64,000 nucleotides of DNA, from positions 110,506 through 174,505 of the forward strand of contig JAMOUJ010000003.1 of NCBI GenBank assembly GCA_027068075.1. The letters are read 5' to 3'. Under the pieces are notes generated by a model. It was not told where the DNA came from. It made no database searches and was given only the letters and a program-made list of their open reading frames with translations. A program made the position numbers and the translations under genes. Source of the stretch: Candidatus Aminicenantes bacterium (GTDB lineage Bacteria > Acidobacteriota > Aminicenantia > S016-38). Below, in pieces: positions 9,577 to 19,997 of this stretch. How positions within the stretch are numbered: the stretch's first letter is position 1; each line of letters begins with the position of its first letter.

Positions 9577-10807
9577 CGTTTCCTCCTTTCAAATTGTATT
9601 TTATCAGAACCCCGTTGAGGGAGAAGAACAAAAAGGCGACCAGGGCCGGGGCATCCAAATCCTCAAAGAACATCCATACAAACATCAAAAAAACTCCCGC
9701 GGCGATGTAGGGAAACCGCTTCCCTTTCAGAAAGGTCTTCACCAGGGAGATCTGATAGGCCAGAAAGGTCAGAAAACCCATCAACCCCGTTTTTTGCAGG
9801 AGTCCAATGTAGGTGGAATGGGAACCCAGGGGAATGGATGGAAGGTAAGAAGGCTTCAGACCTATTCCCAGGATGGGATGGGCCCCTATGAGTTTCAGCG
9901 CCTCCCTGTATTGCTTTATCCTGGTCTCCGTGCTGCCGTAGGAGATTTTTTCAAAAACCTCCAGGGGATTTACCCCCAGGAAAAACAAACCAGCCAACAG
10001 AAGGGAAGAGAATGCCAGAAGGGCCAGGGAACCGGAGAGGGAAAGAAGGGTGAATTCAAAGTAGAAAAACAGCAGGGCCCCTATGAAAAAACTGGCCCGG
10101 GACATGGAGAGAAACAGAAGGAAAAAGCCCACGAGGTTGGCCAGATGGGCTTTCTTCACATTTCCCTTCCCCCGATAATAGGTCAGGGCCATGGGCCAGA
10201 TGAGAATCATCGTTCCCGCAAAGGCGTTGGCGTAGGGGGAATAATAGGAAACCCTGGGTAGAAAGGACAGGGGTCCCCGGCCCACGATGTGGAGTTTCAC
10301 CTGGAAGAAAAGTTTTATTATCAGGCTGGAGCCCGACGGGGAAAAGGGAAGGAGAAGCCCCAGGAGGGTTGGAAAATTCAGCATTTTATACTTGAGGAAA
10401 AGCAGATAATCAAACAGGAAAAACCCCAGGGTAAACCAGAGGAGGAAGGTTCCGGCCTCCAGGAGACCCCGAAGGTCAAAGTGGCTGTCTATGTAAATGC
10501 CCACCACCAACAAAAAGCCCATAACCCATATGCTCAGGTTGTAAAGGGAGGCCAGGCCCCTGCTCAGCGGAAAGTTCACCCAGTTCAGGGAAAAGGAAAA
10601 GGCATACAATACCATGAACAAAAGGAGAAAAAGGGACGGGGCCGGAAACACTATCCTCTCCCGCCGGGCCACCGCATAAAAATAAAGGAGGACGGAGATG
10701 TGATAGACCACGGGAGAAAACCCCATAATCCACCACAGGGGCACCAGGTAAAGGGTGTAACTTAAAATTCTGGAGGGCTCCGTTCCTTTAAGTTCAATAG
10801 TTACCAT
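9563..10807 (-). CDS. O-antigen ligase/polymerase (Wzy_C) family membrane protein
   Basis: Multiple TM helices with SMSRA, STETR, HPILGIG and HSTY..LL...G..G motifs. Confidence 0.85.
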   Translation of the reverse strand: MVTIELKGTEPSRILSYTLYLVPLWWIMGFSPVVYHISVLLYFYAVARRERIVFPAPSLFLLLFMVLYAFSFSLNWVNFPLSRGLASLYNLSIWVMGFLLVVGIYIDSHFDLRGLLEAGTFLLWFTLGFFLFDYLLFLKYKMLNFPTLLGLLLPFSPSGSSLIIKLFFQVKLHIVGRGPLSFLPRVSYYSPYANAFAGTMILIWPMALTYYRGKGNVKKAHLANLVGFFLLFLSMSRASFFIGALLFFYFEFTLLSLSGSLALLAFSSLLLAGLFFLGVNPLEVFEKISYGSTETRIKQYREALKLIGAHPILGIGLKPSYLPSIPLGSHSTYIGLLQKTGLMGFLTFLAYQISLVKTFLKGKRFPYIAAGVFLMFVWMFFEDLDAPALVAFLFFSLNGVLIKYNLKGGNDGGN

Positions 10808-10866
10808 GAAGAGAAAATTATATCACCGAAGGGGTGTAAAACGGGTAAATGTAAAAAGGAAGTTTT

Positions 10867-12177
10867 TTAAAGGAGGCGGGCTAATTCCCCTTCCTTCCAA
10901 TCCTCCAGATCCCTCAAGGCCCTTCGGGATAGGGCCAGCCTCCTCTCCCTCCTCTTCCTGATCCTTTTCTTGAGGGGAGGCAAAAGCCCGAAGACGAAGT
11001 TCATGGGCTGGAAATTTCTCCAGTCCGCCCGGGAGACATAGTTCAGCAGGGAACCTATGGCGGTGGTGGGGGGAGGAGGGGATATCTCCCTTCCCTTCAC
11101 CAGGGCGGCGGCGAAAATCCCTGCCATTATACCCGTGGCCGCCGATTCCATGTAACCTTCCACCCCCACTATCTGGCCGGCAAAGAACACATCCTGTTTT
11201 TTTCGGAACTGAAGGGTGGGAAGAAGAAGGGCGGGGGAGTTAATGTATGTATTGCGGTGCATGACCCCGTACTTAACGAACTCCGCCCGGCGGAGACAGG
11301 GGATCATGGAGAAAACCCTCTTTTGCTCACCCCACTTAAGCCTGGTCTGGAAACCCACCATGCTGTAGAGGGTGGCGGCGATGTTGTCCTGCCTCAGTTG
11401 AACCACGGCGTAGGGCATTTCTCCCGTCCGGGGGTCCACCAAACCCACCGGCTTGAGGGGACCGAAGATGAGGGTCTGGGGTCCCCGCCTGGCCAGTTCC
11501 TCTATGGGAAGACAGGATTCAAAAAGATGTTTTTCAAAATCGTGCAGGGGGACGGTTTCCGCCTCCACCAGGGCCTTCCAGAATTCCATGTACTCCTCCT
11601 CGGTCATGGGGCAGTTGATGTAATCTGCCCCTCCCTTTCCATACCGGGAGGCCACGAAGGCCCTCCCCATGTCTATGGAGGAGGCTGAGACTATGGGACT
11701 GGTGGCGTCGTAGAAGAAGAGGTTTTTCCTGCCCGTCAGGTCCACTATGGACCGGGAAAGTTCCTCGGAAGTGAGGGGACCCGTGGCTATTATTACGGGT
11801 CCCGGGGGGATTTCCCGAACCTCTTCCCTCACCACCTCCAGCCCCGGCAGGGATTCCAGAAACTCCGTCACTTCCCGGGCAAAGGCTTCCCTGTCCACCG
11901 CCAGGGCCTGGCCCGCCGGCACCGCTGCCCTTTTGGCGACTTTGAGGACCAGGGAATCCATGGCCTCCATTTCTGCCTTAAGGAGACCGGATGGGGTGGA
12001 AAGGGATGTGGCCCCGAAGGAATTGGAACACACCACCTCCGCCAAATATCCCGTGGAGTGAGCCGGGGTCATTTTCCGGGGTCTCATCTCGTAGAGTTTC
12101 ACCTCAACTCCGGCCTTGGACAGGGCATAGGCGGCCTCCACTCCGGCCAGCCCCCCTCCGATCACCTTAACTTCCAT
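10867..12177 (-). CDS. trmFO: tRNA (uracil-54)-methyltransferase TrmFO
   Basis: VIGGGLAG, EMRP, VCSNS, GVMHRNTYI and FAGQIVGVEGY motifs. Confidence 0.96.
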   Translation of the reverse strand: MEVKVIGGGLAGVEAAYALSKAGVEVKLYEMRPRKMTPAHSTGYLAEVVCSNSFGATSLSTPSGLLKAEMEAMDSLVLKVAKRAAVPAGQALAVDREAFAREVTEFLESLPGLEVVREEVREIPPGPVIIATGPLTSEELSRSIVDLTGRKNLFFYDATSPIVSASSIDMGRAFVASRYGKGGADYINCPMTEEEYMEFWKALVEAETVPLHDFEKHLFESCLPIEELARRGPQTLIFGPLKPVGLVDPRTGEMPYAVVQLRQDNIAATLYSMVGFQTRLKWGEQKRVFSMIPCLRRAEFVKYGVMHRNTYINSPALLLPTLQFRKKQDVFFAGQIVGVEGYMESAATGIMAGIFAAALVKGREISPPPPTTAIGSLLNYVSRADWRNFQPMNFVFGLLPPLKKRIRKRRERRLALSRRALRDLEDWKEGELARLL

Positions 12178-14332
12178 GGGCCTTCTCCTCGTGTCCACAC
12201 CTGGGGCACACCAGTTTTCTGCCCCTCTTGAGCATGTAGGGGAGACCGCATTGGGGACAGGGTTCCCTCACCGGAGCATAGGGGGTAATGAAGTCACAGT
12301 TGGGATAATTGGAGCATCCGTAAAAATACCGACCCTTCCTACCCCTCCTTTTTACCAGATGGCCCCCGCATCCCTCCTTGGGACAGGGGAGGTCCTCGGT
12401 CTCGTTGTATATGTAATTGCAACTGGGATAATTGGAACAGGCGATGAATTCCTCCCCCCGCCGGCTCCTCTTCACCGTCATGGGGGACCCGCACCGGGGG
12501 CATTTCATCTTGATGGCCTCCACGATAAGGTCGGAAAACTGGGATTTATACTGGCAGGAGTCGCACTGAAAATACAGCCCAAACCTGCTTCTTTTCAGCA
12601 ATAGTTCCCCGCCGCAGGCTGGGCATTTCAACCCCGTTTTAATCCCCTGGGTAACCGAGGGCATGTTCTCCTGGGCTTTGTTAAGATTGCTTTCCAGGGT
12701 TGAGAAAAACTTCCCCACCACCTCAGACCATTCCACTTCTCCCCTCTCCACCCTGTCCAGTTCTTCCTCCACCTCTGCGGTATAGCGGTAATCCATTATG
12801 TCGGGGAAACTTTCCTCTAAAAGTCTCACCACCAGGCGGCCCAGGAAGGTGGGGATGAATTTTCCCCTTTCCTTTCTCACATAGGTCCTATCCTGAATGG
12901 TGGAGATTATGCTGGCATAGGTGGAGGGCCTGCCGATGCCCTTCTCCTCCAGTTCCTTTACCAGGCTGGCCTCGGTAAAGCGCGGGGGCGGCTGGGTCTC
13001 CTTCCTCTGGGAGGTTACATCCACCAGTTCCAGTACATCCCCGGTTTCCAAAGGAGGAAGGTCTTCTTCCCGGAAGGAGGGCTCCAGGATCCTCCTGAAT
13101 CCGGGGAAGAGGGTTTGTTTTCCCTCCGACTCCAGGGTATACTCGCCGGCCCTGATCTCGGCCCTGGTTTCCCGGTAACGGTAGGGTTTCATCTGGGAAG
13201 CCACAAATCTCTTCCAGACCAGGGCGTATATCTTGAGTTCCTCGGGGCTGAGTTTTCCCCTCAGGCTTTCCGGGGTCATCTCCACATAGGTGGGTCTTAT
13301 GGCCTCGTGGGCCTCCTGGGCTCCCTTCTTTGCCTTGAACTGGTTGGCCCGGGAGGGAAGGTAATCGTCACCGTATTTTTCCTTTATAAATTTTCTAACG
13401 GCCCTCAGGGCTTCGGGGGAAACCCTGAAGGAATCGGTTCTCATATAGGTTATAAGCCCCACGGGCCCGTCGCCCAGGTCCACCCCCTCGTAGAGCCTCT
13501 GGGCTATCTGCATGGTCTTTTTTACGGGGAAGCGGTAAAGTCTAAAGGCCTCCTGCTGAAGGGTACTGGTGATCAGGGGGGGAGGGGCCTTCCTCTCCTT
13601 CTCCCTGGAGGTCACCTTTTCCACCGTAAGGTCGTGGGTCTTCACGGCCTGTATAGCCTGGGATGCCTCCTCCTCTGAGGTTATTCTGTACTTCCTTCCC
13701 CCCTTCCTGGTGAGCCTGGCGGTGAACTCCTTCCCTTTTTTCAGCCTTGCCTCCACCACCCAGTAAACTTCGGGGACGAATTTATCCCTTTTGTCTTCCC
13801 TCTCGCAAATCATCCTGAGGGCTACGCTCTGAACCCTTCCGGCGCTCAATCCGCCCTTCACCTTTTTCCACAGGAGGGGGCTTATGAGGTACCCCACCAG
13901 GCGGTCCAGGACCCTCCGGGCCCACTGGGCCTTCACCCTGTTCATGTCCACACTGGAAGGATGGGAAAAGGCCTCCTTCACCGCCCTGGCGGTTATTTCG
14001 TGGAACATTACCCTGTATACTTCAGGATTTACGGGCTCAACCTCCTCCTTCAGATGGTAGGATATGGCCTCCCCCTCCCGGTCGGGGTCGGTGGCCAGAA
14101 AAACGGAGGAAGTCCTGCCGGCCGCCTCCTTTATTTCCCTGAGAACCTTCTCCTTTCCCGGAATCACCTCGTAATGGGGAAGAAAGCGGTTCTCTATGTC
14201 CACCCCCATGTCGTTTTTGGGGAGGTCCTTGATGTGACCCATGGAGGCCTTTACCAGGTAGTCCTTTCCCAGGTATTTTCCTATGGTCCTGGCTTTGGCC
14301 GGGGACTCCACTATGACCAGTTTTTTAGACAA
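12167..14332 (-). CDS. topA: DNA topoisomerase I with C-terminal zinc ribbons
   Basis: IVESPAK, ATDPDREGE, SAGRVQ, ITYMRTDS and several CxxC ribbons. Probable TTG start at 14332. Confidence 0.97.
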   Translation of the reverse strand: MSKKLVIVESPAKARTIGKYLGKDYLVKASMGHIKDLPKNDMGVDIENRFLPHYEVIPGKEKVLREIKEAAGRTSSVFLATDPDREGEAISYHLKEEVEPVNPEVYRVMFHEITARAVKEAFSHPSSVDMNRVKAQWARRVLDRLVGYLISPLLWKKVKGGLSAGRVQSVALRMICEREDKRDKFVPEVYWVVEARLKKGKEFTARLTRKGGRKYRITSEEEASQAIQAVKTHDLTVEKVTSREKERKAPPPLITSTLQQEAFRLYRFPVKKTMQIAQRLYEGVDLGDGPVGLITYMRTDSFRVSPEALRAVRKFIKEKYGDDYLPSRANQFKAKKGAQEAHEAIRPTYVEMTPESLRGKLSPEELKIYALVWKRFVASQMKPYRYRETRAEIRAGEYTLESEGKQTLFPGFRRILEPSFREEDLPPLETGDVLELVDVTSQRKETQPPPRFTEASLVKELEEKGIGRPSTYASIISTIQDRTYVRKERGKFIPTFLGRLVVRLLEESFPDIMDYRYTAEVEEELDRVERGEVEWSEVVGKFFSTLESNLNKAQENMPSVTQGIKTGLKCPACGGELLLKRSRFGLYFQCDSCQYKSQFSDLIVEAIKMKCPRCGSPMTVKRSRRGEEFIACSNYPSCNYIYNETEDLPCPKEGCGGHLVKRRGRKGRYFYGCSNYPNCDFITPYAPVREPCPQCGLPYMLKRGRKLVCPRCGHEEKAHGS

Positions 14333-15341
14333 TCCTTCTATACCTCCATCCGGAAGTCCCAATTATAACACCTTTCATTTCCAGGGCTAACAGGAGGGGA
14401 AAAAGTTTCTCCGGGGAAAGACCGCTGGCCTCGCTGAGAAATTCCACATCCACCTCCTGGCCCGGGGGAAGGAATTGGAGGAGAAACTCCTCTTCCTCCG
14501 AAAGGTCCACCTCCGGGCGAGAATATTCCCCCACCACATCCTCCACGGAGAGGACGGGCTTCGCTCCTTCCTGGATTAACCGATTGGTTCCCTGGCTGGT
14601 CCTTCTGTTTATGTCCCCGGGAACGGCAAATACATCCCGGCCGTAGTCCAGGGCCAGGTGGGCGGTAATCAGCGCCCCGCTTTTAAGGGGAGCCTCCACC
14701 ACCAGGGTGGCGAAACTCATTCCGGCTATTATCCTGTTGCGCAGGGGAAATCTAAACTTAGCCGGCCCGTCCTCCGGAAAAAACTCGCTGACCAGGGCAC
14801 CCCTTTGGGCAATTTCCTCCGCCAGGGCCCGGTTGGAGGCAGGGTAAATGTTCAGGGGACCGGAACCCAGAACTGCCACGGTTCTTCCTCCCCTGAGGGC
14901 TCCCCGGTGGGCCCATGTGTCTATGCCCAGGGCCAGACCGCTCACCACCGTAATCCCCGAGGAGGCCAGTTTCCAGGAGAACTCCTGGGCAATTCCCCGG
15001 CCGTAGGAGGTGGCCCTGCGGGTCCCCACCACCGCCACACAGGGACAGGTTACTTCCCCCTTTACAAAAAGAAGAATCGGGGGGTGAGATATTTCCCTGA
15101 GAAGTTCAGGATATTCTTCATCGTCGTAGAAAACCAGCCTCCACCCCTGTCTCCGGGCTACTTCAATCTGCCCTTTGAGTTCTTCCAGAAGAGCCCTGTC
15201 CTGGAGTTTGCTGGCCTTTCTTCTGGTTATTCCGAATTCCACCAGGTCCCCCACGGAAATATCCCGGCGGAAGGCAATCTCCACCAGCTCCCGGGGGGTA
15301 GGATTAGTGAGCCTGTGAAGAAGTATTAACTTCTCCCTCAT
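14325..15341 (-). CDS. dprA: DNA-processing protein DprA
   Basis: AVVGTR, VSGLALGID and RNRIIAG motifs, in the classic dprA-topA-trmFO order. Confidence 0.95.
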   Translation of the reverse strand: MREKLILLHRLTNPTPRELVEIAFRRDISVGDLVEFGITRRKASKLQDRALLEELKGQIEVARRQGWRLVFYDDEEYPELLREISHPPILLFVKGEVTCPCVAVVGTRRATSYGRGIAQEFSWKLASSGITVVSGLALGIDTWAHRGALRGGRTVAVLGSGPLNIYPASNRALAEEIAQRGALVSEFFPEDGPAKFRFPLRNRIIAGMSFATLVVEAPLKSGALITAHLALDYGRDVFAVPGDINRRTSQGTNRLIQEGAKPVLSVEDVVGEYSRPEVDLSEEEEFLLQFLPPGQEVDVEFLSEASGLSPEKLFPLLLALEMKGVIIGTSGWRYRRIV

Positions 15342-16623
15342 GGGGTTGGGGAAGGGCTCTCCTGATTTTCCACATTAAGGGCCTCCCGTAAAAATCCTTC
15401 CCCCCTTCCAGGAAGGAGTTTTTCAGGTAAATGGGCTGGTCAGCCACGGCCACGGGGAAGAAGAACTCCCGGGAAGCCATGTATTCGTAGGTGCTGGAAA
15501 CGGCCTTCTCCAGTTTTTTCTCATCCTTACCCATGTAGGAAAGGATTTTCTTCTTCAAGTTGGTTAAATAGGGATAAAAACGGTCCAGGCGATATCTTTC
15601 AATCATGCCCACCAACTCCTCGGCCTCGCTGCCCACGAAAACCGCCTGGGAGGGAAAGAGAGCCGCACTGACCTTGCCTGATAGGAGGTCTTCCAGGGGG
15701 GTCTCACTCAGGTTAACCTCCACCTTCACCCGGGCCAGGGAGGCGCCCTCCTTGAGTTCTCCAACCATGGAGGCCAGGGCCGGGGATAGGGCCATCACCA
15801 CCTTCCGGCGGAGATACCCCCTGAGTCTTCCCACCCTTATCAGGGGAAAGTCCAGGGAAAACTGACTCAACTGAGGGGGAAGATAGGAATCCGCCCGGGT
15901 CTTCCAGGCCAGGGAAGAGACCAGGGAAAAAATGGCCCTTCTGGAGAGTTTTCTCCAGACCTTCGGAGAAACCAGAAGGTAAACCAGGTAGCGAACGGAG
16001 AAGGCGGCCCTGCCCTCAAATCCCTGGGTAAAACTCATGTCGGGAATTTCCGGGGGATAAACCAGCAGAATCCTGTCCAGATAGGGTCTGCCCCCGGGGA
16101 AAAACGGATTGGCCACGAAAATCCCCTCTTGCTGGGGAACGAAGGGACCGGAAAACTTCCCTTCTTTCCTGAGAAAGAGGTACGGGGTGGAGAGGAGCAG
16201 GGGCAGGTTGGCGGAGGAGGATACCTCCACCACCACCCGGTCCGGAGGTTCAACTCCGATGGATGTAATGGTTCTTTTCAGAGAAAGGGCCCCCGGCTGG
16301 CTGGTCTGCAGGAAGGCGTTTATGGAATTGGCTACATCCTGGGGGAGAATCGGGGTGGCGTCCCCGTAGAGGAGACCTTCCTTCAACTGAAAATACCACT
16401 TCCCCTCCTTTTCCCACCAGTGGGAGAATAGAAAACTCCCAGCCTTTCCCCGGGAGTCCAGATAAAATATGTTGACAAAGGTGAAACTGTCCTTCAAAAG
16501 CCCATCCCAAAACAGGGGGTTGCCCGAGGCAGGAAGTTCAAGTTTGAGTTCCCCTCCATACCTGGGCCTGGTGTAGGGCATGAGGAGGAAAAGAAGGGCA
16601 AAAAACCAAAGGGTCTTCTTCAT
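15304..16623 (-). CDS. Divergent family-5 solute-binding-like protein
   Basis: Signal peptide, RPRYGG, DV..S, and GPF...GRPYLDRI. Confidence 0.6.
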   Translation of the reverse strand: MKKTLWFFALLFLLMPYTRPRYGGELKLELPASGNPLFWDGLLKDSFTFVNIFYLDSRGKAGSFLFSHWWEKEGKWYFQLKEGLLYGDATPILPQDVANSINAFLQTSQPGALSLKRTITSIGVEPPDRVVVEVSSSANLPLLLSTPYLFLRKEGKFSGPFVPQQEGIFVANPFFPGGRPYLDRILLVYPPEIPDMSFTQGFEGRAAFSVRYLVYLLVSPKVWRKLSRRAIFSLVSSLAWKTRADSYLPPQLSQFSLDFPLIRVGRLRGYLRRKVVMALSPALASMVGELKEGASLARVKVEVNLSETPLEDLLSGKVSAALFPSQAVFVGSEAEELVGMIERYRLDRFYPYLTNLKKKILSYMGKDEKKLEKAVSSTYEYMASREFFFPVAVADQPIYLKNSFLEGGKDFYGRPLMWKIRRALPQPHEGEVNTSSQAH

Positions 16624-17846
16624 TCTATTTTTATCTCCTTTATCCAGAAGGCAGAGGCTTCCTCCTCCAGGATCATCACGGTTCCGGATTCCGTGCGACC
16701 CATGTAAATTATCCTGCCGGACTGGTCCAGAACTCCCCTCTTTTCAAAGGTGGAAAAATCCTGAAATCCCACCTTTTCCTTACCGTCAAAACCGGTGAAA
16801 ACGAAATATCCCCCCCAGCATTCCACTTCATCACCCAGGGGCTGGCGGGGAGAAGGGATTTCCTGGTCGTCCCTGAAAACCCTCCTCCTTCCCTCTTCAT
16901 CCACTATGTTAATCAGGTTCTGATAAAGGCATACATCGTAAAAGGGCGGAAATTTTTCCGGTTCCGCCAGGGTCAGGTCCTGAAGGCCCGCCGGCAGGGA
17001 AACCTCCGCCAGGGTTGAATCAAAATGATTTTTCCCCGGGACGAATCTTCCCAGGAGCAGTTTTTCGCCGTCCCCGCTCAGAACCAGCCAGGGAAGGACC
17101 ATGGCCGGGGAAAGGTCCTCATACTTGAGGTAAAGGTACGATGAGGAGGAACTTATCCCCACATTTATGAAAACCCCGTCCTGAAGGCTCACCTTCTTTA
17201 TGAAACCCCGAAGGTCCTGGGAGGGATAAAGGGGACCGGGCCAGGTGAGTTCTGCCCTTTTTACTTCCTTGAGAATTCCCCCTACTTTTTTCAACTCCAG
17301 AAGTTTGTCGGGATAAAGTATGAATATGTCCTCTCCGTTTTTAAGAACGGCCAGGGGCCTTCCGGGAACCTGAGCATCCCACAAAACCATGGGGGGAGAG
17401 GAGCCCGGGGACGAAATCTCAAACTCCCTGTAGGGAAGGTCCTCCACCCGGGCGGAACAGGAAACGAAGTCCTGAAGTTTTCCATCCCGGGAGTAAATTC
17501 TTATGAAAAGATGGGCTTCCCCGGCTATTTCCTTGTAGATTATCTTCAAAAGGTAATCGTAGCCCGGAGGAGGAGAAAAAAAGCCCCCCCGGGAATCAAA
17601 GCCCAGAACCCCCTCGTTGGTCATGAGGTAATCGGAAAGGCGGGAGGTTATAAGTTCGTAGAGGTTCTCCACGAATCCTTGGGGCCTCAGGGAGTGGTTC
17701 CTTATGGAGCCCACGGCCAGACGGGGGAAAACCTCCCTGGAAAGGGCAAAGGCCTCCACCTTGAGACTGCATTTCTCCACCAGGTCAGCCGGGGCCTGGG
17801 AAAAAAGCACTCCCGCCAGAACCAGGGAAAAAAGGAGTCTCCTCAC
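16620..17846 (-). CDS. Secreted hypothetical protein
   Basis: Signal peptide and 4-nt overlaps with both neighbours. No family recognised. Confidence 0.7.
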   Translation of the reverse strand: MRRLLFSLVLAGVLFSQAPADLVEKCSLKVEAFALSREVFPRLAVGSIRNHSLRPQGFVENLYELITSRLSDYLMTNEGVLGFDSRGGFFSPPPGYDYLLKIIYKEIAGEAHLFIRIYSRDGKLQDFVSCSARVEDLPYREFEISSPGSSPPMVLWDAQVPGRPLAVLKNGEDIFILYPDKLLELKKVGGILKEVKRAELTWPGPLYPSQDLRGFIKKVSLQDGVFINVGISSSSSYLYLKYEDLSPAMVLPWLVLSGDGEKLLLGRFVPGKNHFDSTLAEVSLPAGLQDLTLAEPEKFPPFYDVCLYQNLINIVDEEGRRRVFRDDQEIPSPRQPLGDEVECWGGYFVFTGFDGKEKVGFQDFSTFEKRGVLDQSGRIIYMGRTESGTVMILEEEASAFWIKEIKIE

Positions 17847-19180
17847 CAGATAAATTCCTCCTCCAGAAATCTGGTGGTGTAATTGCCGCTCTTGAACTTC
17901 GGGGATTTAAGCAAACTCAGTAGAAGGGGAAGGTTCGTCTTTACCCCCACGATGGAGGTGTGGAGCAGGGCCACTTCCAGTTTCCTGAGGGCCTCTTCCC
18001 TGGTTCTCCCGTGAACTATAAGTTTGGCCAGCATGGAATCGTAGAAGGGAGGAATTTCGTAACTCTGAAACACCGCCGTATCCACCCTTATGCCGTTTCC
18101 CCCGGGCAGAAAGAGGAAGTGTATCTTTCCGGGGGAAGGGGTGAAGGTTCTGGGGTCTTCGGCGTTTATTCTGGCCTCTATGGCGTGACCAAAGGTCTTT
18201 ACATCCTCCCTGGAATATCCCAGTTTCTCCCCCGATGCTATCAACAACTGGTCCTTCACCAAATCCAGTCCGGTGACCTGTTCCGTTACGGGGTGCTCCA
18301 CCTGGATTCTGGTGTTGGCCTCTATGAAGTAGAAGTTCTCCTCCTCGTCCACCAAAAATTCAAAGGTAACCAGGCTCCTCAATCCCAATTTTTCGGCGGC
18401 CCTTTCCACGGTCTCCAGCATTTTTTCCCTGGTCTTTGGGGAAATAAAGGGCGAAGGGGCCTCCTCCACTATCTTCTGATGCCTCCTCTGCATGCTACAT
18501 TCTCTGTCCCCTATGGCCAGGACCCTCTCTCCATCGCCTATTATCTGGACTTCCACATGGTGAGCCCTTTCAATGTACTTTTCTATGTAAAGGTCCTGGG
18601 AATTGAAGGCGAGATAGGCTTCCCTCTGGGCGGTCTTGAAATTTTCCTCCAGTTCCGCCGGGGAGTTTATGATTCTCATTCCCCGGCCTCCTCCCCCGGC
18701 CACGGCCTTCAGTATTATAGGATATCCTATCTTCTCGGCTATCCTCCGGGCCTCCCCGATTCTGGTCACCACCCCGTCGCTTCCTGGAAGAACCGGGACC
18801 CCCAGTTCCTCCATGGTCTTGCGGGCCCTCTGTTTATCCCCCATCAGTCTTATGTGCTGGGGCGAAGGACCCACGAAGGTCAGACCTTCCGCCTCCACCA
18901 CCTCTGCAAACCGGGGGTTCTCCGAGAGGAATCCGTAGCCCGGATGAATGGCGTCGGCCTTGGAAATTTCCGCCGCACTCATGATGGCGGCCATGTTGAG
19001 GTAACTGTCCTGGGGCTTGGCCGGACCTATGCAGTAGGCCTCGTCGGCCAATTGAACGGGCATGGAGCCCCTGTCCGCCTCTGAGAAAACCACCACGGTT
19101 TTTATACCCAGTTCCTTGGCCGACGACATAATTCTGAGGGCAATTTCACCCCGGTTGGCTATGAGAAGTTTTCTAATCAT
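17843..19180 (-). CDS. accC: Acetyl-CoA carboxylase biotin carboxylase
   Basis: [23 protein letters not shown] and [10 protein letters not shown] motifs. Confidence 0.97.
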   Translation of the reverse strand: MIRKLLIANRGEIALRIMSSAKELGIKTVVVFSEADRGSMPVQLADEAYCIGPAKPQDSYLNMAAIMSAAEISKADAIHPGYGFLSENPRFAEVVEAEGLTFVGPSPQHIRLMGDKQRARKTMEELGVPVLPGSDGVVTRIGEARRIAEKIGYPIILKAVAGGGGRGMRIINSPAELEENFKTAQREAYLAFNSQDLYIEKYIERAHHVEVQIIGDGERVLAIGDRECSMQRRHQKIVEEAPSPFISPKTREKMLETVERAAEKLGLRSLVTFEFLVDEEENFYFIEANTRIQVEHPVTEQVTGLDLVKDQLLIASGEKLGYSREDVKTFGHAIEARINAEDPRTFTPSPGKIHFLFLPGGNGIRVDTAVFQSYEIPPFYDSMLAKLIVHGRTREEALRKLEVALLHTSIVGVKTNLPLLLSLLKSPKFKSGNYTTRFLEEEFIW

Positions 19181-19607
19181 TGTCGGGTATTATGGCAAAA
19201 AGTTTCTGCCCGTACTCTACGGGCTGGGCATTTTCCACCAGGACTTCCTTCACGACGCCGCTGACATCCGCCTCCACCTCGTTCATCAACTTCATGGCCT
19301 CAATGATGCAAACCACATCCCCCTTGTTCACATGGTCTCCCTCCTTAACGAAGGGAGGGGAGGAGGGGTCGGGTGCCCGGTAAAAGGTCCCGATCATGGG
19401 GGCGGTAATGTAGTGGATCTCTTCCCCGGATTTTTCCTCCCTGTCTTCCTCCTGGACGGCGGCCCGGGCCTCGGGCGATGCTGCTGCGGCCAATTCCTGC
19501 TTTGGTTTTACCAGTTTCAGCCTCAGTCCCTCCACTTCAATTTCAAATTCCTTTACCGGTTTGGAGAGTATGAAATCAACTAATTCTTTAATTTCCTCTA
19601 TTTTCAC
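19173..19607 (-). CDS. accB: Biotin carboxyl carrier protein
   Basis: APMIGTFY and EAMKLMN biotinylation motif. Confidence 0.97.
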   Translation of the reverse strand: MKIEEIKELVDFILSKPVKEFEIEVEGLRLKLVKPKQELAAAASPEARAAVQEEDREEKSGEEIHYITAPMIGTFYRAPDPSSPPFVKEGDHVNKGDVVCIIEAMKLMNEVEADVSGVVKEVLVENAQPVEYGQKLFAIIPDND

Positions 19608-19629
19608 TATGCCCTCCTTTTTCTTTAAG

Positions 19630-19660
19630 GATTTTAACCCAAGGATTTTGTAAGGGCAAG
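19630..19660 (-). promoter_or_regulatory. Putative sigma70 promoter of accB
   Basis: TTGCCC-17 nt-TAAAAT, followed by GGAGG and GTG. Confidence 0.6.
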
Positions 19661-19664
19661 GCCT

Positions 19665-19997
19665 TCAGAGTTCTATCTCGGAGGCCGCCAACTGGAGGTA
19701 AAATTTTATCTTTCCTTCGTAGCCGCCCCTTCCCAGGGCTATGAGGAAAACATCTTCGCTCACCGGGACCACGAATATGCTCCTGTCGCCGGTGTTGAGA
19801 ACCATGTAGTTCACCGGATGAATTTCGTAGGAAAGGGCGCTGGAAACCAGGGCCATTATCCTGGCGGCAACTTCCTCGGAGTCCTCCATGCCGTTTTTGG
19901 TCACCACCTCTATGGGCAGACCGTCGCTGGCTGCCAGAAGAACCGCCTCCACCTCCGGATTGTTTTCTATAACTTTTTCCAGAACTTCTTTATACAT
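19665..19997 (-). CDS. Roadblock/LC7 domain protein (MglB/MglC-like)
   Basis: 110 aa with AVLLAASDGLPI and the typical roadblock alpha-beta-beta-alpha-beta-beta-beta-alpha pattern. Confidence 0.82.
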   Translation of the reverse strand: MYKEVLEKVIENNPEVEAVLLAASDGLPIEVVTKNGMEDSEEVAARIMALVSSALSYEIHPVNYMVLNTGDRSIFVVPVSEDVFLIALGRGGYEGKIKFYLQLAASEIEL

